Shown one piece after another: positions 35,978-48,442 of a stretch of 64,000 nucleotides of DNA. Source of the DNA: Somniosus microcephalus (lineage: Eukaryota). Below the pieces are notes generated by a model. It ran no database searches. It was not told the origin of the DNA and worked only from the letters and a program-made list of their open reading frames with translations. Position 1 is the stretch's first letter. Each line of letters starts with the position of its first letter. Location of the stretch: contig CM126206.1 of NCBI GenBank assembly GCA_052327205.1, positions 54,684,001 to 54,748,000 on the forward strand, read 5' to 3'. The position numbers were made by a program, and so were the translations under genes.

Positions 35978-37914
35978 GATGAGACCGGGAAATTAATGGT
36001 GGGAAATATGGAGATGGCAAAAACACAATGAATAATTTATATCAGTCTTTACAGTAGAAGACACTAAGAATATCCCAACACTGGACCAACAGGGGGCTAA
36101 AGGGGGGGGGGGGGGGTGGGAGGAGCTAAACACGATCAAAATCACTAAGGAAGTGGTACTCGATAAAATAATGGGACTCAAGGCGGATAAATCACCTGGA
36201 CCGGATGGCTTACATCCTAGGGTCTTGAGGGAAGTGGCGGTAGGGATTGTGGATGCATTGGTAATAATTTTCCAAAACTCCCTGGACTCAGCAAAGGTCC
36301 CGGCAGACTGAAAAACTGCTAATGTAACACCCTTATTTAAAAAGGGCAGTAGACAGAAGGCTGGAAACTATAGACCGGTTAGCCTAACATCTGTGGTAGG
36401 TAAAATTTTGGAGTCCATTATTAAGGAGACAGTAACAGGACATTTGGATAATCATAATTTAATAGGACAAAGTCAGCATGGTTTTATGAAGGGGAAGTCA
36501 TGTTTGACAAATTTGCTGGAGTTCTTTGAGGAAGTAACATATAGGGTGGATAAAGGGGAACCAGTGGACGTAGTGTATTTAGACTTCCAAAAGGCATTTG
36601 ACAAGGTGCCACACAAAAGATTATTGCTTAAGATAAAAAATCACGGGATTGGGGGTAATATTCTGGCATGGATAGAGGATTGGCTATCTAACAGAAGGCA
36701 GAGAGTTGGGATAAATGGTTCATTCTCAGACTGGCAATCAGTAACTAGTGGTGTTCCGCAGGGGTCAGTGCTGGGTCCCCAACTCTTTACAATCTATATT
36801 AACGATTTGGAGGAGGGGACCGAGTGTAACATATCAAAGTTTGCAGATGATACTAAGATGGGAGGGAAAGTAGTGAGTGAGGAGGACATAAAAAACCTGC
36901 AAGGGGACATCGACAGGCTAAGTAAGTGGGCAGAGATTTGGCAGATGGAATACAATACTGGAAAGTGTGAGGTTATGCACTTTGGCAGGAAAAATCGTAG
37001 AGCAAGTTATTATCTTAATGGCAAGAAACTGGAAAGTACTGAAGTACAAAGGGATCTGGGGGTCCTGGTGCACGAAACTCAAAAGGTTAGTATGCAGGTG
37101 CAGCAAATGATTAAGAAGGCCAATGGAATGTTGGCTTTCATTACTAGGGGGATAGAATATAAAAATAGGGGAGGTATTGCTTCAGTTGTACAAGGTATTG
37201 GTGAGACCGCACCTGGAATACTGCGTACAGTTTTGGTGTCCATACTTAAGAAAGGACATACTTGCTCTCGAGTCAGTACAAAGAAGGTTCACTCGGTTAA
37301 TCCCGGGGATGAGGGGATGGACATATGAGGAGAGGTTGAGTAGATTGGGACTCTACTCATTGGAGTTCAGAAGAATGAGAGGCGATCTTATTGAAACATA
37401 TAAGATTGTGAAGGGGTTGGATCGGGTGGATGCGGGGAGGATGTTCCCGATGATGGGTGAAACTAGAACTAGGGGGCATAGTCTTAGAATAAGGGGCTGC
37501 TCTTTCAAAACTGAGATAAGGAGGAACTACTTCACTCAGAGGGTGGTAGGTCCATGGAATATGCTGCCCCAAAAAGCTGTAGAAGCTACATCATTACATA
37601 AATTTAAAACAGAAATAGACAGTTTCCTAGAAGTAAAGGGAATTAAGGGCTACGGGGAACGGGCAGGAATTTGGACATGAGTCTAGGTTCGGATCGGTCA
37701 TGGCCCTGTGGGTAGCGGAGCGGGCCCAGGGGTCGTGTAGCCTGATCCTGCTCCTATTTCGTGTGTCTAATTCTGTTAGATTCAGGAGATGGTTCTGTGA
37801 TAGTAGATTGGCGGTTAGGATCAGATCAGCCATGATCTTATTGAATGGCGGAGCAGGCTCAAGGGGCAGATTGGCCTACTCCTGCTCCTATTTCTTATGT
37901 TCTTATTAAGACAC

Positions 37915-38220
37915 CCTCCATCAGATAAATGGATTTGGATCAGTTTGGAGATTGGATCGGTTTGGAGACCAGTCACCAGAGCTGCCCTGCATGGATCGGT
38001 GTTAGGACTGTTACTCTTCACTATTTTTATTAATGATCTAGATGTAGGTGCTGGGGGCACGATCTGCAAGTTTGCAGATGATTCTAAAATTTGTGCGAGT
38101 GTTAGGACTGTAGACGATATTTGACTGCTTCAGGTGGATGCTGAGTCATTGAGCATATTCAAAGCTGACATAGATAGATTTTTGGACTCAAGGGGAATCA
38201 AGGGATATGGGGATCGAGGG
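37915..38220 (+). mobile_element. Short CR1 remnants
   Basis: GSVLGLLLFTIFINDLD..KFADD, then fkadidrfl-type 3' fragment. Confidence 0.7.
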
Positions 38221-38224
38221 GCCA

Positions 38225-41200
38225 TATGGTCACCAGCGACAGCAGCGAGAGCGGCCCTGGGTGGAGACTGAGCGCGGAGACCGAGTTAAGGAGCGGGGAG
38301 AGAGAGCGAGAGCGGCCCAGACTCACCGGCGACAGCAGAGAGAAGTAAAAAGTAATCGAAGTGTGATGTCACCAGAAAGCAGGTAAGTGATTGGTTGGCG
38401 AGTATTTCTCTCTTTCTTCCAAACTTAACTTTTTGTGGTTTATAGTTTCTAGGGTCTCTGTTGTGTAGCGGGGACTGCTAATAAACAAGGGCCCTTGAGT
38501 ATATCATTTAATTGTAGTGTAATTAGTGGCACTGATTTGATTTAATTTAATTTGAATTAATTAAAGGGTAAGTCAAGGCAGCACAGCTCGGCCCCGTGGC
38601 ATGCTCCTCCTGCACTATGTGGAAAATCAGGGACACTTCCTGATGGGAAGTGTGCGGGAAGTGTATCCAGCTACAGCTACTGACAGACCGCATTGTGGCG
38701 CTGGAGCTGCGAATGGATACATACTGGAGCATTTGCGACGCTGAGGACGTCCTGGATAGCACGTTTAATCAGTTGGTCATACCGCAGGTAGGAAGGGAAT
38801 GGGTGACCACCAGGCAGGGTAGTCGGCGCAGGCAGGTAGTGCAGGGGTCCCTTGTGGCCATCCTCCTTTCAAACAGATATACCACTTTGGATATTGTTGA
38901 GGGAGATGGCTTATCGGGGGAAGGCAGCAGCAGCCGCCAACTTCCTGGCACCATGGGTGGTCCTGCTACACAGGAAGGGAGGAAAAAGAGCGGGAGAGCT
39001 ATAGTGATAGGGGATTCTATTGTAAGGGGAATAGATAGGCGTTTCTGCGGCCGCAAATGAGACACCAGGATGGTATGTTGCCTCCCTGGTGCAAGGGTCA
39101 AGGATGTCTCGGGGCAGTTGCAGGGCGAACAGCCAGTTGTCGTGGTGCATACAGATACCAACGATATAGGTAAAAAACGGGATGAGGTCCTAAAAGCTGA
39201 ATATAGGGAGTTAGGAGGTAATTAAAAAAAATAGGACCTCAAAAGGTAATCATCTCAGGATTGCTACCAGTGCCACGTGCTAGTCAGAGTAGAATTAGAA
39301 GAATATTTCAGATGAATACGTGGCTAGAGGAATGGTGCAAGGGGGAGGGATTCAAACTCCTGGGACATTGGAACTGGTTCTGGGGGAGGTGGAACCAGTA
39401 CAAACCGGACGGTTTGCACCTGGGCAGGACCGGGACCGATGTCCATGGGGAAGTGTTTGCTAGTGCTGTTGGGGAGGGTTTAAACTAAAATGGCAGGGGG
39501 TTGGGAACCTGTACAGTGAGACAGAGGAAAAGGAAGCAAGGATAGAAACAAAAGACAGGAAGGAGAAAAGCAAAAAAGCAAAAAAGTGGGAGGCAGAGAA
39601 ATCAAGGCTGTAAATCAAACAGGGCCACAGTAAATAATAATAATAATTCTAAAAGGACTAAGTGTTAAAAAATGAAGCCTGAAGGCTTTGTGTCTTAATG
39701 CGAGGAGCATTCATAATAAAGTGGATGAATTCGCTGCGCAAATAGATGTAAACGGATATGATATGATTGGGATTACGGAGACATGGCTCCAGGGTGACCA
39801 AGACTGGGAATTCAACATCCAGGGGTATTCAATATTCAGAAAGGACAGGAAAAAAGGAAAAGGAGGTGGGGTAGCATTGCTGGTTAAAGAGATTAACACA
39901 ACAGTAAGGAAGGATGTTAGCTCTGATGATGTGGAATCTGTATGGGCAGAGTGGAGAAATACCAAGGGGCAGAAAACGTTAGTGGGAGTTGTATACAGAC
40001 CCCCAAACAGTAATGCTGAGGTTGGGGATGGCATTAAATGGGAAATTAGAGATGCATGCAATAAGGGCACAGCAGTTATCATGGGTGACTTTAATCTACA
40101 TATAGATTGGGCTAACCAAATTATTAACAATACCATGGAGGAGGAATTCCTAGAGTGTATACGGGATGATTTCCTGGACCAATATGTCGAAGAACCAACT
40201 GGAGATCAGGCCATCTTAGACTGGGTATTATGTAATGAGAAAGGATTAATTAGCAATCTTGTTGTGCAAGGCCCCTTGGGTGGAGCGATCATAATATGAT
40301 AGAATTCTTCATTAAGATGGAGAGTGAAATAGTTGACTCAGAGACTAGGGTCCTGAATTTAAATAAAGGAAACTACGATGGTATGAGGCACGAGTTGGCG
40401 AGGATGGATTGGGGAATGTTACTTAAAGGGTTGACGGTGGATAGGCAATGGCAAACTTTTAAAGGTCGCCTGGATGAACTACAGAATTTGTTCATCCCTG
40501 TTTGGCATAAAAATAAAACAAAGAAGGTGACTCAACTGTGGCTAACGAGGGAAATTAGGAATACCATAAGATCCAAGGAGAGGACATATAATTTGGCCAG
40601 AAAAAGCAGCAAACCTGAGGATTGGGAGCAGTTTAGGATTCAGCAGAGGAGGACAAAGGGATTAATTAAGAGGGGGAAAATAGAATATGAGAGTAAGCTT
40701 GCAGGGAACATAAAAACTGACTGTAAAAGCTTCTCTAGATATGTAAAGAGAAAAAGATTGGTGAAGTCAAGCGTAGGTCCCTTGCAGTCAGAATCAGGGG
40801 AATTTATAATGGAGAACAAAGAAATGGCAGACCAATTAAATACAAACTTTGATTCTGTCTTCACAAAGAAGGACACAAATAACCTCCCAGAGATGTCGGG
40901 GAACATAGGGTCTAATGAGAAGGAGGAATTGAATGAAATCAGTATTTGTCGGGAAATAGTGTGAGGGAAATTGACGGGATTGAAGGCAGATAAATCCCCA
41001 GGGCCTGATAATCTACATCCTAAGGTACTTAAGGAAGTGGCCCTAGAAATAGTAGATGCATTGCTGGTCATCTTCCAAAATTCTATAGACTCTGGAACAG
41101 TTCCCATGGATTGGAGGATAGCTAATGTAACCACACTATTTTAAAAAGGTGGTAGAGAGAAAACGGGGAATTATAGACCGGTAAGCCTGACATCGGTAGT

Positions 41201-42583
41201 GGGCAAAATGCTCAAGTCCATTATAAAGGATGTAATAGCAGAGCACTTGGAAAACAGTGACAGGATCGGACAAAGTCAACATGGATTTACAAAAAGGTAA
41301 ATCATGCTTGACTAATCTACTGGAATTTTTTGAGGATGTAACTGGTAGAATAGATAAGGGAGAACCAGTGGATGTGGTGTATTTGGACTTTCAGAAGGCT
41401 TTCGATAAGGTCCCGCATAAGAGATTAGCGTGCAAAGTTAAAGCACAGGGGATTAGGGGTAAGGTACTGTCTTGGACAGAGAACTGGTTGGCAGACAGGA
41501 AACAAAGAGTTGGAATAAACAGGTCTTTTTCCGAGTGGCAGGCAGTGACTAGTGGGGTACCGCAGGGATCGGTGCTAGGACCTCAGCTATTCACAATATA
41601 TATATATATAAATGATCTAGACAAGGGAACGAGATGTAATATCTCCAAGTTTGCAGACGACACAAAGCTGGGTGGGCTTGTGTGCTGTGAGGAGGCTGCA
41701 GAGAAAGTCCAGTATGATTTGGACAGGTTGGGTGATTATACTGCATTTGCCATGCATCTGCCCAATGTGGATAAATGCGAGGTTATCCACTTCGGTGGCA
41801 AAAACAGGAAGACAAATTATTATCTGAACGGCAATAGATTGGGAAAAGGGGAAGTGCAATGAGACCTGGGTGTCCTTGTGCACCAGTCGCTGAAGGTAAG
41901 CATGCAGGTGCCGCAGGCGGTTAAGGCGGCAAATGGTATGTTGGCCTTCATAGCGAGAGGATTCGAGTCCAGGAGCAAGGATGTCTTGCTGCAGTTGTAC
42001 AGGGCCTTGGTGAGACCACACCTTGAGTATTGTGTGCAGTTTTGGTCGCCTTATCTGAGGAAGGATGTTCTTGCCATGGAGAGAGAGTGCAGCGAAAATT
42101 CAGCAGACTGATACCTGGGATGGGAGGAATGACGTATGAGGAGAGATTGGGTCGATTAGGCTTATACTCGCTGGAGTTTAGAAGAATGAGAGGGGATCTC
42201 ATTGAAACTTATAAGATTCTAACAGGACTAGACAGATTAGATGCAGGAAGGATGTGCCCGATGGCGGGGGAGTCCAGAACCAGGGGTCACAGTCTAAGGA
42301 TAAGGGGTAAGCGATTTATGACTGAGATGAGGAGGAATTTCTTCACCCAGAGAGTGGTGAACCTGTGGAATTCTCTACCACACAAGGCAGTTGAGGCCAA
42401 TTCATTAAATATATTCAAGAAGGAGTTAGATATATTTCTTAAGGCTAAAGGGATCAAGGGATATGGGGAGAAAGCAGGGACAGGGTACTAAATTTGGATG
42501 ATCAGCCATGATCTCATTAAATGGCGGAACAGGCTTGAGGGGCCGAATGACCTACTCCTGATCCTATCTTCTATGTTTCTATG
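38225..42583 (+). mobile_element. Near full-length degenerate CR1 LINE
   Basis: GC-rich 5' UTR, ORF1 (GDSIVRG, DGLHL) 38575-39488, ORF2 EN/RT pieces 39688-42491, tail ctatgtttctatg. Confidence 0.96.
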
Positions 42584-43822
42584 TAAACTCGAGGTACAGC
42601 ACAGTCCCAGTGAGAACTAGGATAAATCGCACTTGGTCATCACCATGTCATTACAATGCTTTAGAATATTACAATGAAGCCCTAATATTGTTTTCAACAA
42701 GAGCTCCTGAGGCTCGCCTTAAAGCTCAACTGGTGCAGAATGGACAGAGTAGCTAGTAAGATGAATCTCTGCACTGTTTATTGTCTACTCTCCAATGCAT
42801 CAGTGATGTTGGTCAGATATTTCCTCTATTATGTCTAAGTTACTGTATTATTTAAGAATGGTAATATCCTCAGTATTCCAACCATAAATCACGTCCTCAT
42901 AAATTTTAATCTTTTTCAAAAGCCTCGCTTTGTTAACCAATTTATGTAAGGCATCCAAAATATCAAGACTTATTCAGCACAATTAAAAAATGATTCTGGA
43001 AGGAAGGAAATAGAAGTTAGCTTTCCTACACCTGCTGGAAAGTGTATGTGTAGATACTGGATGAGGACAGGAATGAGTGTTGCTGTGATGCCTCTCCATG
43101 GTCAAATCACCAGCTGGTATTCACTATATAAGCTTAAATATGAGAATAAACACTTAGGCAAATTAGTAGGGAGCTGGCAGTGCAGTGCTCATGGGACTGT
43201 GGAGGTAGTATTCCAAAGTACATACTTACGAGGAATCTTACCCACTGCCAATGCATATGGGAAAATAGGAAAATGTTGCTTGTGAATGAGGCTCTTTATT
43301 GCCAGTGCATATTTGACAATTGCAGGCTTACACCTCTGCCTAAGTTATTGCCTTCAGAAGTGGAGCAGAAAAAATGACAAGCATTTTGCTTTAAAACTGT
43401 GATAAAGTTATCCTTTTGAAATTTATGATAAAAAAATGTGGTACTATTTAGATGATAAAGAACAAAGTTTTGATTCAGTTAGCAGATAATTACCAATACA
43501 AATTCATATTATGGAGTGTGAAATTACAGAATTAAAAATGTTTCTCCATTTTCTTCCAAGCAGTCACACAAAACATGCTTGGTTGACACGTCAGAATTCC
43601 TTTAGACTACTTTTTCCTCCCTTCCCTAGTCCATCCTACTGAGAGTAGCAAACTTGTCCTCAGGTGATCCTGTGCACAAAACTCATGAAATTCAAGTTTC
43701 CTAGTCAAGAGCCCAGTGTTTCACTAGTGTCGCTAATGGGTTGACTTTAAGATTACATGGATGTAAAATCAAGTAAATCATCGGTCATCTGTTATTTTTC
43801 TAAGTTACAACATTTATGAATA

Positions 43823-44143
43823 CAGGAAACTTTGTGATATCCGGCACCGACGGGACCGAGCTGTTGCCGTCCCATCAAAACTGCCGGACAAACCAGCGCT
43901 AATGTTGAAACATACAGAGCCCTCCGTATCTGGCAACAAACCCTGCAACAGCTTCTAAACAATCGGCCGTACCTTGCAAGAGTCTCTGTAGCTTAGCAAC
44001 AGCTTCAGCGAGACCTTGCAGAGCCTGACTGGTGAAAAAAAAAGCAACGAAAAGAAAAAAAACCCTAACGAAACGGCTCCTGATTTTTGCCGGTGGATCG
44101 AGCATTCCGGACAGTTAACCTCTGGATAAACCAAAGTTTCCTG
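43823..44143. mobile_element. Tc1/mariner (Tigger-like) MITE, copy 2
   Basis: TA|CAGGAAACTTTG ... CAAAGTTTCCTG|TA; 124 bp from the Q2 exon donor. Confidence 0.92.
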
Positions 44144-44267
44144 TACTACTAGTTTTACCCATAAATATCAGAGCATCATCGCTGAACCAAACCTTTTATT
44201 TCTTAAATGCTTTTCTTTTAAAACACTGCTGCAATATCATCTTGTCAAATAAATCTACTTCTCGTAC

Positions 44268-44456
44268 CTTGAACAACAACTTGGCTGCCTGGAACAAAGA
44301 ACTGTTGTGTCCCATCACTTGACTGTGTAGCATATTGCACGATGGTTGCCCCAGGCTGAGGCGTTCCAGCATTTGTCATTGTAAGTGTCTGTAGTCCCTG
44401 CACACCGTCAGCTCCTGGATTTGCAATCTGGATAGTTCCACCTTGAGCGATTGCAA
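44268..44456 (-). CDS. CREM: CREM Q2 glutamine-rich transactivation exon (189 nt, phase 1/1)
   Basis: ttctttttAG|TT GCA ATC...GTT CAA G|GTacga; translates (I)AIAQGGTIQIANPGADGVQGLQTLTMTNAGTPQPGATIVQYATQSSDGTQQFFVPGSQVVVQ; splices in frame with 46260-46402 across a 1803-nt intron. Confidence 0.97.
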
Positions 44457-44979
44457 CTAAAAAGAACAGATCAAAGCAGTTAAGTGGAAATGCCGGACAA
44501 GGTATAGAAGTTAAAAAATAACTTGACGATATGGCAGAAAAATTGCAGAGAAACTGCACTGACAAACTGGAATACTGAACTACATAGGTTTTATGATCAT
44601 TTAAGTTGATTACAGATGCTTTATTACAATGAATAAAACACATTCATACTGCGCCTCTCATTGAGGCAGGAATATGCTACAATGGCAACTTTTCATTTCA
44701 GCAACGAAAGGTGCAAAATTAATCACGACCTGATGCTTATCTATGCCCCGATTTTACAGTTTAGAAGTGAAACTAAAATGTTTATGAAATAAAGATTTAA
44801 TGTCAAAATGGATGCAATGGTTCAAAATGTGTGTTTATACATGTTAAAAGTCACCAACTACACCATGATTGTAGATAGCAGATTTTTCTGTTTGTTTAAG
44901 GACATCCAGGTGATTGATTTAAAAAACAGGTCAATGAAGGGACGAAGGCCCAGATATGGCATGACCCGTCAGAGAAGGG

Positions 44980-45522
44980 TACTGTGTGCAGTTCTGGTCA
45001 TCTCACTATAGGAAGGATGTGATTGCTTTGGAGAGGGTGCAGAGAAGATTCACCAGGATGTTACCTGGGATGGAGCGCCTCAGCTATGAAGAAAGACTAA
45101 ACAGGCTGGGATTGTTTTCCTTGGAGCAAAGAAGGCTGAGGGGGGACCTGATTGAGGTGTACAAAATGATGAGGGGCATAGATAGGGTAGACAAAGAGGA
45201 ACTTTTCCCCTTAGTAGGGGGGTCAATAACAAGGGGGCATAGATTCAGGGTAAGGGGCAGGAGATTTAGAGGGGATTTGAGGAGGAACTTTTTCACCCAG
45301 AGGGTGGTTGGAATGTGGAACTCAATGCCTAAAAGGGTGGTAGAGGCAGGAACCCTCACAACATTCAAGAAGCATTTGGATGAGCACTTGAAATGCCATT
45401 GCATACAAGGCTATGGACCAAATGCTGGAAAATGGGATTAGACTGGACAGGGATGGATGGGCGGCGCAGACACGATGGGCCGAAGGGCCTCTTTCTGTGC
45501 TGTAAAACTCTATGACTCTATG
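44980..45522 (+). mobile_element. CR1 3' fragment in the intron between the KID and Q2 exons
   Basis: ORF 44986-45441 (QFWS..YRKD..LERVQRRFTRM); tail ctctatgactctatg. Confidence 0.93.
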
Positions 45523-46259
45523 AGAAGCAAAGTTTAGGAAACAAGCCAGTGATCAGTTAGCCAACCAAGAGATGGAGCTAAACTGCTACAGGATTAACTC
45601 TTCTTTTCCAATATTAAAAAGATCAATGTGGAAAAAAAACTTTGGGATTCTGAAATAACATAGAAAACATACTTTCAAATAAAATTTCTAGCAGTAGATT
45701 TCTGCATTCTGCAGTGTTCTAGTTGATTTTTTAAAAAGTTTGACCCTCAGTTTCCACCCTTCCTGAACTTCTGTTGCAGTGTGATTCCACTGACACTTGT
45801 AGTTTCCCAATACACACAAGTATGAGCATAGTGAGGGTCAGTAGATTATGACTGAGGAAAGCATCAGAACCCAGGCCTGATCTCAGTTGACATGCACACA
45901 CAAACTCTACAGCAGGACACGGAACAGCAACCTGATTTTAACCCTCAATTGGCCAGGGCATTGAATAGATTGTAACCGAGAACAACTCACCATGCACAGA
46001 GCAAAAAAGACAAACATAGGAACATTCCGTATTGTATGCCTTTTTACCCGCTTGGTCATAGGAGAAGCTCCTGAATGCTCCAATTCTGACTACAGATAAT
46101 TCTAAAACAACCGATATGCCTTGCTAATGCTGATAAAAAAAATTACAGTACCTCACAGTAAAATGGATTATAAGAAATGAGATTAAACAACTATTTATGG
46201 CCACCAATGCAAGCATCGGGATATCAATAAATATGGTGAGGTAAAATGGTAGTACGTAC

Positions 46260-46402
46260 TGTATTGGCCAGTACTCGTCTGGTAGATAGATGTTGGTACT
46301 GCCATTGTAGTGATAGCAGCTGTTGCTCCCTCTTCCTCAGATTTTTCTTCATCAATCTTTGGAACACCAGGTGCATCAGAAGATAATTCATTTAGGATTT
46401 TT
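46260..46402 (-). CDS. CREM: CREM exon encoding the C-terminal half of the kinase-inducible domain (143 nt)
   Basis: Minus strand ttatttcAG|A AAA ATC CTA AAT...GGC CAA TAC A|GTacgt; translates (R)KILNELSSDAPGVPKIDEEKSEEEGATAAITTMAVPTSIYQTSTGQY, matching CREM (NELSSD, MAVPTSIYQTSTGQY). Not in the ORF track. Confidence 0.96.
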
Positions 46403-46699
46403 CTGAAATAACATTATCTAAGTTCAGCTAATTGTGATACAAAGAAAGACAGTTGCAAATGTGATTTTACTAATTTATCTTAAAATTAGCTCATTTGCAA
46501 TATCTTCTATATGCAATTCCACAGAATGAGAAGCTAAAACTAAATTACTAAATGCACATGCCACCAAATGAATGCTCAACGGAAGCTCGAGGAACCATAC
46601 CTCATTCTTATATTACGCAGTTTACAACCTTCCGGACTCAATCGTGAGTTCAACAACTTCAGATCATAACCTCTGCCCCCATTTTTTGGCCAGCAGCTG

Positions 46700-47032
46700 T
46701 TGCTGATGATTGATATTCCCATTTACACCTCCTCCAGACCCAGCTTTTGTTTCTTTACTTGTTCCATTACCCTATTGCCATTTCATCTCTCCTGCCTTCC
46801 ACCCTATCACAGACCTTCCCTTATGTTCTATCCTCCCCTCCCCCCTTTCCCTGCCTCTGTACTTGCTTAAAACTGGTTACATCTCTAACCTTTCCAGTTC
46901 TGACGAAAGGTCATCAACCTGAAACGTTAATTCTGTTTCTCTCTCCACAGATGCTGTCTGACCTGCTGAACATTTCCAGCATTTTCTATTTTTATTTCAG
47001 ATTTCCAGCATCCACAGTATCTTGCTTTTGTA
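46700..47032 (+). mobile_element. Penelope-like terminal repeat with hammerhead motif
   Basis: GTT-CTGACGA-AAGGTCATCAACCT-GAAA-CGTT-AAT at 46897-46931, followed by the same tail as the 27407 insert. Confidence 0.8.
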
Positions 47033-47266
47033 CCAAATGAATATGGTTAACTCATGAATTACCAACACTTCAGTGAAGGAGCGACAAGGATTCACACATT
47101 AAAAAAAGTGTCTTGCTACCATCTAATTGTTTGGAGGTGAAAATAATTTTATTCACAAAATAAAAGTGCTTTCAGAAAACAAATGCAAGTAGAGGCTTCC
47201 ATATGCACAATTGTTTTCACAGTCTTGGTTTTTGACCAGCAGCTATGAAAAATCTACATCTATTTA

Positions 47267-48442
47267 TCTATATATGTAAGTCTGTCTGTCTGTCTGCTAT
47301 ACAATCAAAAGTTATAGAGCGTACCTACACATATGTTATATCAAAAGAAAGCTTATTAGGGGAGTCTAATAGGCGTATTTACTTTTTGGTCAGACAAAAA
47401 TTGTTCAGACAGTATACAAAAAAGGTTCAAAAAACGGCAACATTCCGCTCATTAGCATTGAGTGATGTGATGGTTGACCAATCGTACAGGGGATTAACCT
47501 GATGCTTGACCAATCAGTGCGTCACGGGGGGCGTTTCATTGCCTGTGTGGGCGGGCCTAATCCTTCTGGGCTGAGGTGAGTGGCGGCCATCTTGATTCCT
47601 AACACTTGATTTATTTTTCCCACTTTGTGTGTGTGGAGGGGATTTTGGGAGCGAGTTGAGGTGGGGAAGGGCTTCCCCGGCAGCCGGGCCCGGGCCTCTC
47701 TCACAGCCTGCAGCCCCTCAGGAGGGCGGGGGTGGGGGGGGGGGGGGGGGAGAAGGTTTTCCCCAGCAACCGGGCCCGGGCCTCTCTCTCAGCCTGTAGC
47801 CGCTCAGGAGGGAGGAGGGTTACCCCGGCAACCGGCAGCGTCTCACTCTTCCCCCCGCCCCCCCCCCCAGTCTCTCTCTCTTCCCCGCACAGCCCGAAAG
47901 CCCGGGGGAAGAGGTAAGCGAGCAGGTGAGCGGCGGCATCTCTCTCTCCCCCCCACCGCAGCAAAAGGCGTTCGTCTGCCGCCTGGCCAACCGGGTCCAA
48001 AGGCCCGCCGCGTTAACGATGAGGAATCCCGGGCTCGCTTCGGAGCGATGGGCACCCGGCCTCCTGATGTCAGACTAACTCCGTTCTGGTACCGGAAAGG
48101 AGGGAGAGACAGGGGGAGGGAGGGAGGGAGAGTGGTGAGAGGGGCGGGGAGGGAGGGAGAGTAAAGCAGGGAGAGACAGGGGCAGGGAGAGAGAGAGGGT
48201 GAGGGAGAGAAAGAGTGAGGGGGTGGGACAGGGAGGGAGAGCTCGCCTTCTTCCTTCCTTCCTTCGCAGGGGTCGATCGGGCCAGGCCTGAAGCGCTCCT
48301 TCCCCCCCCTCTTTCTCCAGGCTAATCCTGAACTAAATCCACCAGTCTCTCTCTCTCTCTCTTCTCCCCCCAGTCTCTCTCTCTCCCAACAACAACAACA
48401 TGCCCTCAAAAAACCCTCAGCACCGCCGGCCACTCCAGCTAG
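47267..48442 (+). mobile_element. Non-autonomous Helitron-like element, copy 1
   Basis: A|TCTATATATG 5' end (alternative TC starts at 47253/47259), (GTCT)n, 3' end gcaccgccggccactccagCTAG|T, no TSD. Confidence 0.72.

Larger units (their letters stand above)
28690..37905 (+). mobile_element. Near full-length CR1 LINE split by a Gypsy insertion
   Basis: ORF1 28858-29803 (Cys finger, DSIVRG, HVGTND, DGLHL); ORF2 EN (YLNARSI, ITETWL, GDFN, SDH) reads PLED|ETGKL across the Gypsy; RT 36393-37680; 3' tail. Confidence 0.96.

Noticed and set aside
18572-44143. Two Tigger-like MITEs as ends of a composite transposon or a dsRNA pair
   Set aside because: Each has its own TIRs and TA flanks, they are in the same orientation, and they enclose the native ICER exon.
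44245-44643. Whole 132-aa ORF as coding, or the gene as CREB1/ATF1
   Set aside because: Only 44268-44456 lies between splice sites; residues (GGTIQI.NPG, QQFFVPGSQ) and the ICER exon indicate CREM.
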